Source: Azolla caroliniana
Taxonomy: Eukaryota; Plantae; Polypodiophyta
DNA length: 64,000 nt
Direction of reading: 5' to 3'
NCBI GenBank assembly: GCA_043228905.1
Contig: JBHGNT010000011.1
Coordinates: forward strand, 21,514,001 to 21,578,000
Part shown: positions 22,792-36,299 of the stretch, one piece after another
Layout of the letters: every line of letters starts with the position of its first letter
Numbering within the stretch: position 1 is the first letter of the stretch
Notes under the pieces: generated by a model
What the model was told of the DNA's origin: nothing
Database searches by the model: none
Seen by the model: only the letters and a program-made list of their open reading frames with translations
Made by a program: the position numbers and the translations under genes

Positions 22792-24199
22792 TGCGTATAT
22801 TTCTTTAAATCCCCAACAAAGAATATGTTAAACTTGCCACCTGTAAACACATAAAATTTCTTGAGTTCTCTGGACATACGGATTATTTCAATCCTTTATT
22901 AAAGATAATCACCAGATAAATGTGGTGGATTATAAATGTTATTTTGGAATGCCTCAAATACTTTCATAGATCAAATAACATGAATGATAATCAATTTATA
23001 AACCAATAGATAAATGACATAATAGGCAATGACATATGCGAGTAGGAAAATTAAAGATTCAGGGTGGTTTCTTGGTGGCGTTCTATACTGCAGCATTATA
23101 GGAGTTTATTATCCTCACTATTTGTCATAAAACGTGAAGCAAAGAAGAAAAAGTAGAGTATATAATGTAAAGACTGCATTCATTGATAATTATAGCGTCA
23201 GTAAGGAAATGTGTTAGTGAGAATCCTTATGCCATATTGAACCCAAAGTAATGTTGTCTATTGAACCTAAATCCAAATTATCTTCAGGTATATTTCTTTC
23301 TCCCTTATCACTGTGAACGATCATCCTTGGTGTGGACATCAATCTAAGCATCGATAGATCAAACTCTTCTGTTCGCCGTTTATGTGACGCTGATGCTGTC
23401 TTTGATCATAAGAATTAGGACGCATAAAAACGTACAAACAATACCAAAAGAAACTTCAAAAAAATGTCAAGATTTCTCTATGGTAATTAGTCTCGCCATA
23501 TTAAGATAAAAATCGTTTACACACAATTTTATCTCGCAAGTATTGATGCACTCTTGGGATTGTTACGAGGAACCATTAGTGCCCCATTCGGAACACAGAA
23601 TTTCTGAGAATTATTAGAGAAAGAGAGAGATACAGCGAAGAAGAAGAGGAAGACGAAGAAGAAAACCTGAAATCCATGGATGCAAAGAGCAGAAACGAAG
23701 AAGGCGTAGCGAAAAAGAAAATGACGTTCAAAGCCTCGCCATATGACAGGAGTTGCAGAGTATATCGCATTTCTAGGACCCATGTTTCCAACAACTACAT
23801 ATATAGCCCCCTCCCTTTCAAAATCCATGTGTAATAATAATAGATATAGAGCTTCATCATGTCTCACAAAATTACATCTCACCTCACCTCTAACATGCTT
23901 GCTTTATCATACAAAGAACTCCTCTCACCATATCATCATCACACGCATGTCCCTCTTGGGAATCCTACACATGGGGTATGTGATGATGTCCATCGAGCCT
24001 GAGATCAGTAATTTCCTTTGCTTCCACCACCTCCAAACCTGAATGTTGTGTACCCGCCCGTTTATGACTTGGCCTTGTAGTTGTCGGAGTTCGATTCCAG
24101 ATTATTGTTTGTGCTTTGTCATGTGTGGACTTTGTGGTCGCCAGACTTGTTGAAACATGAAAGAGTGATCACGTTATATCTCCAATGTAACAAGAATGC

Positions 24200-25250
24200 A
24201 AGCATTGTCTAGCAATAATAGGGTGACCTAGTGCTCAGAAACAAAGTTTCTTCATATAGATTTATTTGTATATTAACACCCTTCATCAAATATGTATGGT
24301 GATTGTTGTTATTGACATTGACATGTGGGTTTATGAGGGTGGATCTTTATTTTGTTGTCTAAAATACCACTTTTGTTATGTTAGAGGTAGGGTTCAAAGT
24401 AATGAGACTCTTATTGAAATCCTTTTCCAAATCGTCTTCATTACATTTTTCTTTTTCATGGCTTGGATAGCATTCATTAATTGTTCAATTGAACACTCAT
24501 GTCTCAAAAGAATACCAAATTTTTTACATGCAACAATCCTCATTCTTCAAAATAACTTTGTCCAAGAACAACATCCCCATACAAATAAGGGTCCTTAAGC
24601 ATCTTCAAACAATAGCCGCAAATTTAAGCCTGCAATATGTCAAATGCGCTCGAAGTTACAGAAACAATAATTTGTAAACATTACGTTAGTCTTATACTTT
24701 CTTCCACGAATATTTTAATCTTGACTTCCACTCACACCTATATCAAGTGTGTGCATACATTTTACACATTGATTTCCTTACATACGAACATCCATCATTT
24801 TGTTCCTTGACAACGACAAAACTTCCATTACTACACACACATTGGTAATATGCATGCACAACATTGCCTAGAAATATGTGGCAAGGCAGCCACATTTGTG
24901 CCACATTCAATGTCAAGCTCAAGAAAGCTCTCCCTATCAATACCAAAGTGTTATGATACCACAAATATTGATTCCTAGCATAACTCTACAACAATATGAA
25001 ATCAACCTCCACTGTTAGAAAGCAACTTTGCCTTGGCATTATACCTTATTGGATAACATGGACATTGCCATTTGTATTCTTATAGTCATAAAGAACCGAA
25101 GACTCATGTGTTACCATACAACTTCGTCATGGTCTAGAAATGTTATGTATTGACCTTTCTTAGCACTTATCGATATCACCATTGTCCAATGGTATTGAAT
25201 GGATTCGAAAAAGGGATTTCTTAGGACCGACTAACCACATTTCAGGTGGT
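24200..25250 (-). mobile_element. Degraded Mutator-like (MULE) transposase remnant; boundaries approximate
   Basis: Minus-strand 24903-24845 translates WHKCGCLATYF*AMLCMHITNV, a CxC...CxH SWIM-finger pattern, in frames full of stops. Confidence 0.4.
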
Positions 25251-26039
25251 CTGTGTTGTGTGGTTAAGCACCCTCAATCCATTATTCTCCTTAATCTTTT
25301 TTTTTTCTCCTCATAAGTTTGATCCCTAGTGAGCTATATGCATAAGCTCCATGTTCATGAAAGATCTGTCCTTTGAACTTTAATTGCCATTGCGTTGACA
25401 CGACATATGGCATATGTACATATAAATAGGTAATAAAGTGTCAAAAGCAATATGACATTTGTTAAGGTATCCAATGTATTATGAAACGCCTTGAATTAAC
25501 CAACATGATGAAAAAAGGGTAGATAAGTGGACCCGAAGATAATAGAAAATCTGCCATTTGAACATTCAAAAGTGGAAAATTTACCAATATGTATTCAAGA
25601 TAGTGAAAGTATACTTGTTTTCATTGTTGAAAGTACACCTACATATTCTCGATCACAACAAAAAAGGGTGGGAGGATTAAATCTCTACAATAACTTAGAT
25701 ACATGCTATGATGTTAATCAAAAGGTTTAATTAGTAAACTCTCTCTAAACTAGAAGCAAGTATCATCTTAGCATGTCAAACTAGAAGCTTAAGACTTTGT
25801 TAGTTACATGCGTAATCAACTCGGTCTTGAGGACCACATCCTAGTAAATGTCCGACAAGACATCTACAAAAGCTCAAGTATGTGCTCAATCTTGAAGAAA
25901 AGAAGCGTGTGATTATGAGCTTAATGTTAAACATTTACAAAATTACATATGTATAAATGTAGGTAATTCTTGAGAATTAAGACTCTCTCTCTTTCGAAGG
26001 CTTTTCATGCGTAATGCGTACGAGTAGTAGTGGATATGA

Positions 26040-26342
26040 ATGATGTGGCAGTTGAGACTCGAGAGAGTAGGAGCTGGGCATATGTGGGAGTGATGAGGTG
26101 GCAGCCTCTGATGATGTGGCATAAAAAGGGGGGGTGCGCTTTTTCCTTTGGCCATGCCACGTCATAAAGACAGATTATTATCCCTTCCTGCTGAAAAGCG
26201 ACTCTACTTTTGCGCTTTTTTCCGCTTTCTTTCTTTCTTTCTTTCTTCTTCTTCTTCTTCCTGCTCAGCACAATAACTTAAAACAGAGCTTCTTGTTGCC
26301 ACGGAGCAGCTAAAACAGAGCTTCTTGTCTTTGCACAAAAAG
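26040..26342 (+). promoter_or_regulatory. Promoter and first non-coding exon of the CCA1/LHY/RVE gene
   Basis: TGCCACGTCA (ACGT G/C-box) at ~26155 plus three TGA(T/G)GTGGCA variants. CT-rich leader 26220-26262 and strong donor aaag|GTAAGT at 26342. Confidence 0.6.
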
Positions 26343-27360
26343 GTAAGTAAACTTACCCCTGATTTCTAGGGTGTTTTGTTTTTCATGGTCTATTTCAAGG
26401 CACATTCATGTGCAACTTTGTCTAGTAATGAGTCCATTAAACCTGGTCTTCATGATTCTTTGTCTGGATGATGAAAGAAGAGCATGAAAACATGGTGAGA
26501 GACATGTACAGCTCCCAAAAGTATGTGGTGCACATACAAAAAAATTCTTATTTTATAGAGGGAACCATAGAGTGCATATTTTGTTTGAGCCTCAGATATT
26601 ATGTGTATATGTATTTTTATAGAAGACTCTCCATATATATGGTTCAACACTTGTAATATACACATATCGTGGTTTAAAACCAATGGTCATATGATGGTTT
26701 GGCAATGTTCAGGATGACTAGTTCAACACTTAAAACTTCTAGATTAGGCCATATGTATTTTCCTAAGTTGATGGTTGTGCTATGTATGGACGTAACCAGC
26801 TTTAACCTGTCTCTGGAATGCTTACATGGGTACCTGGCTAGGTTTGCATTGTGTCTGGATGCATACATGGGATGGGGATGGGCCAAGGTTTGTGTTGTAT
26901 TTGGGATAGACGGTAGCCAATGTCTAATTTTGATGTTGTCTTCAGCAAAGGCCATTGCTCAAATCAAAACATACATTTTGTATGTCAAGGGACGTACTTA
27001 GATAAGTAGACTACTTATCACTGGTTGACGCCATCTTGGGTGTCTTTCAGATCTAATATATATTAGAGTTATAATACCACTCCAGGACATTAACTCTTCA
27101 CATACTAGGGAAAAGAATTATCCCATTTTAATGAATAAAAATACACAATCCTCTTTATATGACTAACATGGCTAAGTAAAGACAGGAACGAAGTGTAAAT
27201 CTTGTAGAGTTGTATATCGGGGATTAAATAAAAGCTAGAGCAGGCTGTGTTTGTGACAATGTTTTTATAATCTGGGACTTATAAAAAATCAAGTCTCATT
27301 TTTGTACAAGTTTATATTGAATTGATATCCATATCATTGCAAGGATCCTTGCCCTTCTTC

Positions 27361-30300
27361 ATGGACATTATTAGCTCTCAAGATGTTCCTACAAAGGTAA
27401 TCTCCATCAGTCATATGAATAGATGTAGAAACACATTGCTAATGATAATGGAGGCTCGTAATTTTGTGTGTCTATATAGGTCAGAAAACCTTATACCATC
27501 ACCAAACAAAGAGAAAAATGGACAGAAGATGACCATACAAAGTTTTTGGAGGCATTGAAACTTCATGGGCGCGCGTGGCGGCGGATTGAAGGTGATTAAA
27601 CACTTTTATGTCACCCATAACTCATAGTTTACATTAAATGTTTTGAGTTTGGTATTGTCCATATGCACCATGTTTATTAGATTCAAGAGGATTATTTGAA
27701 TTGTTTTGATGCTTCCGTTAAATTGTTTGGGCATCTTAATGGGATTTTTTTGGATATTTTAATGAATCTGGTGTCTTATGATCTTAGATCACATTGGCAC
27801 GAAAACAACAATTCAGATCCGCAGCCATGCACAAAAATTCTTCTCAAAGGTTTTATTAGTTTGTTACGTTTAAACCTTTTTAAATGATGTTTTGAATGTA
27901 AAAAAGGATTGCCGTAAGCATAGGTGTGCCTATTCATGTGGGGGTATGAAGTTCTATTTGTGTGATATTTCTTCCTCATGCATTAAGGTTATGGTTTGAC
28001 TGACTGTAAATAATTATTATTTGCGCACTATCAGTGATAAGTTATTTGAAAAGCAAAGCATCAATTCTCGACATCAGTTATTTGTACACTATTTAGGGAT
28101 TTAGTTTCCAAATTTTAGTAGGTTTGAAATAACATGACATTTAGAATCATATGCGTGAATATAGAAATAAGCTTCTTGTTACCATGCCCCTTATGAAATC
28201 CGAGCACTTGATCATCTGTAAAATGAAAATACCCAATTGAGAAGGGAAATATGTAGCATGATATAGATTTTGACATGCTGATCTGCAGATGGAGAGAGAT
28301 ACTTCATTTCTTGGGTTGTTGGGGAAAGGAAGTTCAAGAGAGATTCAAATACCCCCACCTCGGCCAAAGCGGAGGCCATGTCATCCTTATCCCAAGAAGG
28401 TAGGTTAGCTTATGAAGCAGTCTCGCTTTGCATTATCATTGTTTCTAATTCAGTTATATATTGAGGCACAATCAGACTATCAGTCGAGACTTTAACTTTG
28501 CAATGTGTTTTTGTGTGTATGCTAAGATCATCCACATATACACATTTATGTTGAGTACAAATATACACATTATCGGCTTTTAGATTTTTCATTGGGAGGC
28601 ATTTGTTGCATTCGTATATGTCCCAAAAGATATGTATATTTCTTAGGCTGAAAGATAGATATAATGACCTACTGAGCATTTCTTTAATTATATCTCTTGA
28701 GAGGTTCTGTTGAGGAATTTTCATCTCCACCTCTTACTTTATCAATATGTTACAAAGAAAGAAGAAAGTGTGTGTGCACATTGACTTCGTAACCAACCAA
28801 AATGCATTATCAAACAACATATGGAATTCAATTCAAATGTCATCTATTTACACATCTTCTCGTACACAGGCTTTATGTGAAACCAACCAGACAACTACAA
28901 ACAGTAGCTTTGCGGAGGCTTACAGCAAAACATTTCCGGACTTCCATGGCCCAACGGTGGATTGTGAGCAAATTGTCTCGTTGGGGTCACATGAGGAACA
29001 TTTATCCCATGTTTCATCACCGGCCAGTAATAGCACATCTTGCATTTCAGATCATTCTCCTCGACAAGAAGATGCCACAAGTAGTGACACATCTAGTGAA
29101 AAATATGAAACATTATATAGATTGGCACCCTGTGAGAAGGATTTGGATGCTGCGCCTACTGCTAATATTGTAGGTGATTCAAATGAAGACAAGGGAGACA
29201 ACCCTACAAATGACATTGCTCATGAACAAGGCATAACGTCTATAAGCTCGTTTAGGCCCATTTTCAATATGGCACATTATTCTTCTCTATACATTCCAGT
29301 ACTCCTTTTACCTCATACTTTTTCTTATAATGAAAATGAGGACGCGAAGGTAACTGCATTTGCTATGGCGACAATGGCACAAAACATGTCAGTTGCGAGC
29401 ACAAATTGGCAAGCTAGCAGTAGAGTGTTATATAATCCCAAACCTATACTTGCATCCCTTTGGAAACCACAAGAAAGGGAACCTAAACGAAACATCACAA
29501 ATCATCAAGGCACTGATGCATTTGATGAAGAATATGAGCAACTTAATGCTCATAGAGGAGGTGTTGAATACCTGGATGATCTAGTGAATATTAGTAGATC
29601 TTTGGATGCCCATGATGTTGCGGCCATAAAAAAGCAGCAATATATGCATATGGAGAAATATGAAAAGACAAGAATTCGCATGACATGCCATTCTATTAAA
29701 GGCAACACACATGGTGAGGAAGGTTTTATGCATTGTGGCAATGGAAAATTTCAACATTATGAGGACTACTCAACCAAAATGGATAGCAAGAACTTATCAG
29801 TGACAGTAATGATGACTGGCAAGGAATCTGAGGTTTATAACCAGGCACTAGAGACAGTGAAAGCAGATCATATGCCATTCTGCCAAATACGCAATGAGGA
29901 ATCCCAACTCAGCAATATACATGCTCAGGTCTCTTTCTCTCATTTCTTCCTTTTATCTTTTTTTACAACATATATGTCACGTTTATTAAATAGGTTTGGC
30001 ACATCGTTCTTGGGGACACACTTTGGTTTTTTGAATGCATACACATATACTAGTATACATCGTGTAAGGACCCATATTCTCAAGCATCGAGAATCGTTTA
30101 CATCCCATGCGCATCTTATGTGAATCAGATTATCAAACAACTTATATATATACCATATGCGTTATATGGTATTTATGTTTTAGGTGGATTCACGCGCATC
30201 TTATGCATTCCGTCGGCATGTTGTATGGAATCTGTGTTCTATTAACATTTTTGAGTATCTTATACATTGCATATGCATCTTATGCAGAATCATATTCTCA

Positions 30301-30918
30301 AGCATCTTATACATCCCATACCCATCTTATATGGAATCTGTGCTCTAGGTATATTCTTCAGCATCTTTTACACACCATATGCATATTTCCATGAAAAATC
30401 TCTGTCAGATGTATATTCTCAAGCACATCCACACTATATGCATCCTATATTGAATTAATGTCACAGATATATTCTCAAGCACCTTATGCATACCATATGC
30501 ATCTTACATGGAGACTATGTTAGATATGTTCTCAAGCACCTTATGCATACCATATGCATCTTACATGGAGACTATATTAGATATGTTCTCAAGCACCTTA
30601 TGCATACCATATGCATCTTACATGGAGACTATGTTATAGGTATGTCGCCAAGCATCTTATATGGAATCTATGTTGTAGGTATATGTTCAAACATGTCAGC
30701 ATGACCCATCCCTGGAAATAGATAGAAATAGAAACCATAAATTCCCTGGAAGAAAATATCAGAGTCATGGTGCATCAAACCAAACAACGATATCTGCGTG
30801 TGGACCAAGGAACAATGAAACTAGTTCATTGACATTCAGTTCAAATGCGCCAAAGTGTATCTTTAGAGCAACAAGTTATAGTGGAGATGGATTTATCCCA
30901 TACAGGAGGCCTTGTTGA
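27361..30918 (+). CDS. CCA1/LHY/REVEILLE-family single-MYB (SHAQKF) transcription factor, ~539 aa; exons 27361-27396, 27480-27591, 27788-27849, 28289-28399, 28870-29928, 30679-30918
   Basis: [76 protein letters not shown] and C-terminal GFIPYRRPC (compare GFKPYKRC of the CCA1/LHY/RVE1 clade). Exons sum to 1620 nt in frame. Confidence 0.9.
30070..30695 (+). repeat. ~54-bp minisatellite array filling the last intron of the clock MYB gene
   Basis: Unit atat(a/g)ttctcaagcaccttatgcataccatatgcatcttacatggagactatgttag; three near-identical copies at ~30468-30640 plus several diverged copies upstream. Confidence 0.9.
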
Positions 30919-32568
30919 TTGAATTGCTGTGTAGCTCCTACCATATAATTAACTGTATCAATACACATTACCCTTCGAGCTCCGTATTGACTTTTCCATT
31001 TATGTATACATGAAGTTCATTTCTCATTTTCTCACATCTTATTGCTGGGTGAAGATGCATACGAGAAACCATAGGATGCACTTTATGTGACCTATCTCTA
31101 CAGTATGCATAACGACCTGTAAGTATTTATGAAAGCACTAAATATGTCATAGACTTAAGTTGTGATGGCCATGTAAGTATGTGACCAAATGCCTTTGTAA
31201 AGGTTCCCGCATGGTAAGAGTAGGAATCATTCATCAATGAGCCCCATACAAGGAGAAAATATCGTTGGTTTTTGGGATGAGATTCCCATAACTAATTAGG
31301 AGTATGCCCCAACTTGGTCCGGATAGAAAAGCAATGTATGTATGTGATAAAGAGAATGTCCGCATCAAGAACTTGTGAACCAATGAGCTTCCCAATCACG
31401 CCAGAGAGTGATACAAACAAACATGGGTGATAATGAGCTCATCTCTAGATTCTGTTGCTTGTCATGAAATACCATACGATGGAAGCATCTTATTCATTGT
31501 ACCTCGAGTGAAGCCAATGTTTGGAACCAATAAGACACAAGCTCTGGTGCATTTTCTTCATAATGGACAACTAACCCACACAACAACCCCCAAGTGACAA
31601 AACATAAACCAACCTAACCCAAATAGATGTTAAATGGTGCAAAAATTGATTTAAAACAACCATTATTCAATTTTGAACCCTCATGTTTGAATGAACGATA
31701 GCCTTCTAAATGTCATAACCATGCGACAAACATGGATTTCTAAGAAACTTGATTTGTTGATCATGTATGTGAAAGGATGATAAATAGATAGATAGATTAT
31801 TAACACATATGAGAGACTCGACACAATCTATGGGCCAAAGATGAGGATGTCTCTAAGAATCAAATCATTAACTAGTTATAAATGATTTTGTTTGAAGGCC
31901 CACTAACACAAATTTGCGATTTAGCACAAAAACGTGCACATTAATTAATTGTGACTTTTTTTGAGGATTTTTTTTCTTTTAATTACATGTCTTATTGTAC
32001 CTATATTTTTCTCACTTTCTCTAGAACAAGGCTCTTGCATTTGACATGTTATGGATGGATTCAAAATGCCTCTATCAATCATTTTGCACAGCACATACAC
32101 ATATAATATGTGTGCATGGTCATCATAACAATGTATCAAGAATAATATGTCAATTGGCTATATTGAATCTATCCTAACAAAGTGGTTCCATGTGAGAATT
32201 TATGTAATTCTTAAGCTTGCATTGATCTCATTATATCATTTACCACTTGTCCTGAAATGAATGAAGATGGTGAAATAAAATGAACGCACTTTTTTGTTCT
32301 ACATTATTACACCTAGAATAGGAATAAGGATGGTCAAAATATATATAACCCTTGAGCATTCATGTGGAAATTGACATAAGAACATGCTTATGTGGCTTCG
32401 TTCTCCTATTAAAAGATGCAAGTTGAGATAGATTGAGTTGTATTTTCCCACTCTCCATTGATTGCCCTATTTAATTGTTCTAAAACAAGAGTTTCAATTC
32501 TCACATGTCTGGCTATAATTGGTGGTTGAAAAGTTTCGTTTGTCTGAAGAAGCTTAATTGATTTAACA

Positions 32569-33700
32569 TTTTATTTTATTTTTCCAAAACAAACACTACT
32601 TTGCATTAGTTAGCAAACAAAGTACATCATAGACCAGCAAATTTCAGCAACCCTCACCTTGGCCGACTCACCAAAGTGGTCATAGTTCCCACCTCATTTT
32701 CAACAAAAGTATCCCAACAACTCCTATAACCTAGTAATTAACTTGTACCATATCTATACATATTTACAACACCTGGTCACTAATGGAAGCCATTGGCAAA
32801 AACAACCATCGGGGTGCTTGGTAGTTCCATTTAGGCCCTAATGATGATCTGCCCACCATAGGAGAACTACCCCATTTCAGTAGGAACTACCCCACCATAG
32901 GAGAACTACCCCATTTCAGTAGGAACTAACCCATCAAATTCCGCCTCAATCGAGTCGTATCGTCCCCGCAACCAAGATACCAGCTCGAACCAAATATTTA
33001 ACAACACCTCACCGTTAGGGAGCTTTTGTTGTTGAAAAACAAACTTACAACGCTTGGACCAAATGTTCCAGATTGATAAACAAGCCACCATCATCCATAT
33101 CTCTTCAAACAATTCTGAGTTACTACTAGGTAGAACTCCAACACATTGAAACACTTTGCCACGTTGCACTATAAATCCATGACCGTGGGGGTTTAACTGT
33201 TCAGCCCAACCTTCCCATGTTAACTTCAGCCCTTGTAAGGACCCCTATACAACTCTCCCATTCACACCACATGCTGCCACTATCCTGAAACTTCTACCCC
33301 AAATGCCAATAGCCTCTCTGCAATTCCAAAAACAGTGAAGGCTTGATTCCAAAGAGTGTCCACATATCTTGCAACCAGCCTCACCACCACAACACCTCAA
33401 CCACTCCCCCACCGGTACCACTATATGACTAAGAAGCCACAACCAAAGCTTTATTTTTTCTGGCATATCCAACGCCATAGTCTCCTCCAAAACGACTTCA
33501 AGTCATCAGATATGCCTTTATCCCTCCAACTATTGCGAGTTACCCATTGATTTGGAGCCAACGATTTGCCTTCCTAGCTTAGTATTGTACTAAAAAAACC
33601 TTTCCAGTTTGTCCGTTCCCGGTTTCTGCCACCACACCTCTAGTGGATCCCAATCCCAATCCAAATCATTGAATTATTTTTAACTCCAAGCCAAAGAACA
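32569..33700 (-). mobile_element. 5'-truncated L1-type LINE 3' fragment (zf-RVT region plus A-rich tail)
   Basis: KIKLWLWLLSHIVVPVGEWL...CKICGHSLESSLHCFWNC (zf-RVT) and WMMVACLSIWNIWSKRCKFVFQ. A-rich tail aaaaataaaataaaa on the minus strand at ~32583-32569. Internal 39-bp duplication at 32852-32929. Confidence 0.8.
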
Positions 33701-36299
33701 TTTTTGGGCGGTAAACATGTTATCTTTTGTTTTCGTTGATTGACACATGTACATAGTGAGAAGAAGCAAAAGAGAAAAAGGGCAAAGAAAGAGGGGAGAG
33801 AACATTCATTTCATACTAACCTTTGCGAAATGTTATGTCGGTGAAAGAGGATAGAGTTGAAGGCTTTTATGTGGTATGATTGAAAATGTCATCAACAATG
33901 ATGGTATTGTGGCTTATGGTTTATGCGGCATTGCTTGTCACCTTCAACGTATTTTCATTCCCAATTTCACCTTTACGTAAATTAATCACGAGAGGATAGA
34001 AATCGAATTGAAGAGAGAAAGAGACTACACTTCTTGAATGAATGGTATGAAGATTTACTAGGGAATACTCCTTCAGGTACAAAAAGGTCCACCCAACCAC
34101 CCTGTGCTTTTCTATCATTTACATGAAATGTCAATGTCAATGTCAATCTTGACTCTATGGAGTTAGAATCTAAAGTTCGGGGAATCAAAGGATGAAGCAA
34201 AAAACACATTTTCTAGAATTGGCTACTCTTAAAATGTACCCGCCTTGGAAAGTGGGTCACACTTTTATGTGCATGTTATCCCCACATGCACTTTTTACGA
34301 AAGCAAATGTCTCAATTTTGATATTATTTTGCCGAGTTCTAGTCACAATATGCAAAACTTTGGTGACCCCTGCATTTTGTTATGTTATCTCACAAAGTAG
34401 TGACGTTTGAAATTTATGCATGGGTTGATAAAAAAAAATGTTGGATTCATTAGAAAACTTCTTCATATGTTTAGTATGAGATCATTTGTGTGGCACACAA
34501 ACAAGATGTTGCCAAAAACATATATGGTTTCATGAATCACTTCCCACATGCCCAAACCTTTGCTTCAGGCATTATTGATATAGGAGTTGAATAGGACAAA
34601 GGTGTTCTACTTACTGGAGTCCACATTTCACCTATATATTCCTTCATGATTGTTGATCCTTTGCAACAACACTTCACATAGACTAACCCATTGTTGGCCA
34701 TGTATTCAAAACAATGAAGATCATAAATTCTAGAATAGGTGATACTAAAGTTCTATTGAATGCAATACAAAATTTCCGTCAAATCTCAATATAAGTTATA
34801 CGCTTATTACATGAGTCAACATAGCTTCCCAACATGTTGGTAGGTTTAAAACCATCTTAAGAAAGGGTCATGGCTTCAATCATGCCAATGGTACTAAATT
34901 GAGGATGAAATGTGGTGTATTACTCGACAAGGAGTGGACTAAAATGTACATAGATGGAGGTAACCTTGTATTTCTTTTTCTTGTGCATTTGTTACCTTCC
35001 TAGTATGGTTGTAACTTGTACATAATTGTTCCTCTTAAGAGGAGTCTTTCCTAACCATGCATTAGCATTTTGTAATGCTAGTTGTCATGAAAGTTTAGAA
35101 TTATTGGATAATATGCACATTTATTTTTGCTAGAGATACTCTTCCCGAACTTCAAGATACTTTTGAGCATTGGAAGTGTGCAAGGTTGTCACAATAGTGA
35201 AATGGCACACATTGAGTTTGGTAAGAAAAAAGGGCCAGCTCAAAAGTAGAAAGAAATATTCGAGCCATCAAATGGAGAAGTAATAGATTGTAGAAAATCT
35301 ATGAATTTGATGTGTGACCTTGAGAGTGTGGATTAGTGTGGTGCAGAGCAAGAGATGGAAATTTCTATTTCAAATGGGTAAGTCAAAATATTTCAAATAT
35401 ATACATAAAGGAAGATCTCGATTTTCACGCTAAAGAACCCGGGAAGAAGAATCTATTTGTTCAAGAAAGAGAAACAAGAAAAATGAAGAAAATAATAAGA
35501 AACGATGCCTTAAGTGCATAGCACAATGTCATGCACTTTGTCATATTTGTGAATGCACACTACCTTGTTATGCTTGAATACTAAATAGGCGACATGTTTC
35601 TCTTTTCTTTTGTAGAACATCACAATAACAAACTCGACAAACTATTTTGAGTAGAAAATTGTTGATTCCTTTGATCAAATAGGAGAACTATTTTTTCATC
35701 TTGAATTTTTACGCTTTTTTGACTATTTCATTGAAAGCCTCAAAATATAGAAAAAGACAAAGGCACCCATTGTTCGGGATCAATTTTGGCCATCCGTCAA
35801 AGGTTTATATAATATATATGACACACTCTTTCTTTATTAAACTTATGGATATCCTTTTAACATGCATACTTAGGCTAGGTTTGGCAACATAAATGTGATG
35901 TGACCCCTATCACGCAGAGCACATCAAGGTTAGATGGAGAACAACTCATCAATATACTTCTTTCTACCGACATGATGATCGACAATATTATACAGACTTG
36001 AGACTTCAACTTCTGATTCCAAACGATTGTTGTTGCCTTAAGTAGAAAGTGCTCCTATATTGACTTGGCTAATGTGTCTACATTATGAAAAATGAGCTAC
36101 CTACCATGTTTAGAAAGGCCAAGGTGGTGGTGATTTTTAATTGAGTTATGATACCTCCCTAAGGATTTTTTATTGAGTTATAGCTTGAATACTCTCTAAG
36201 GATTTAAGGAACCTTGGCTACTGTAGGTAATCATTTAGTGAATATACTCATGACATACCATAATTCTTAACCTCAAGTTGTTGATAAAATCACTAGAGA

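Noticed and set aside
24060-24130. tRNA or SINE suggested by B-box GGAGTTCGATTCC
   Set aside because: No convincing A-box, cloverleaf, tail or TSD.
28747-30123. 458-aa stand-alone ORF
   Set aside because: It is the large internal exon (28870-29928) of the clock MYB gene plus intron read-through on both sides.
34430-36100. Possible decayed transposase or gene
   Set aside because: It has a coding-like texture but no identifiable motif or termini.
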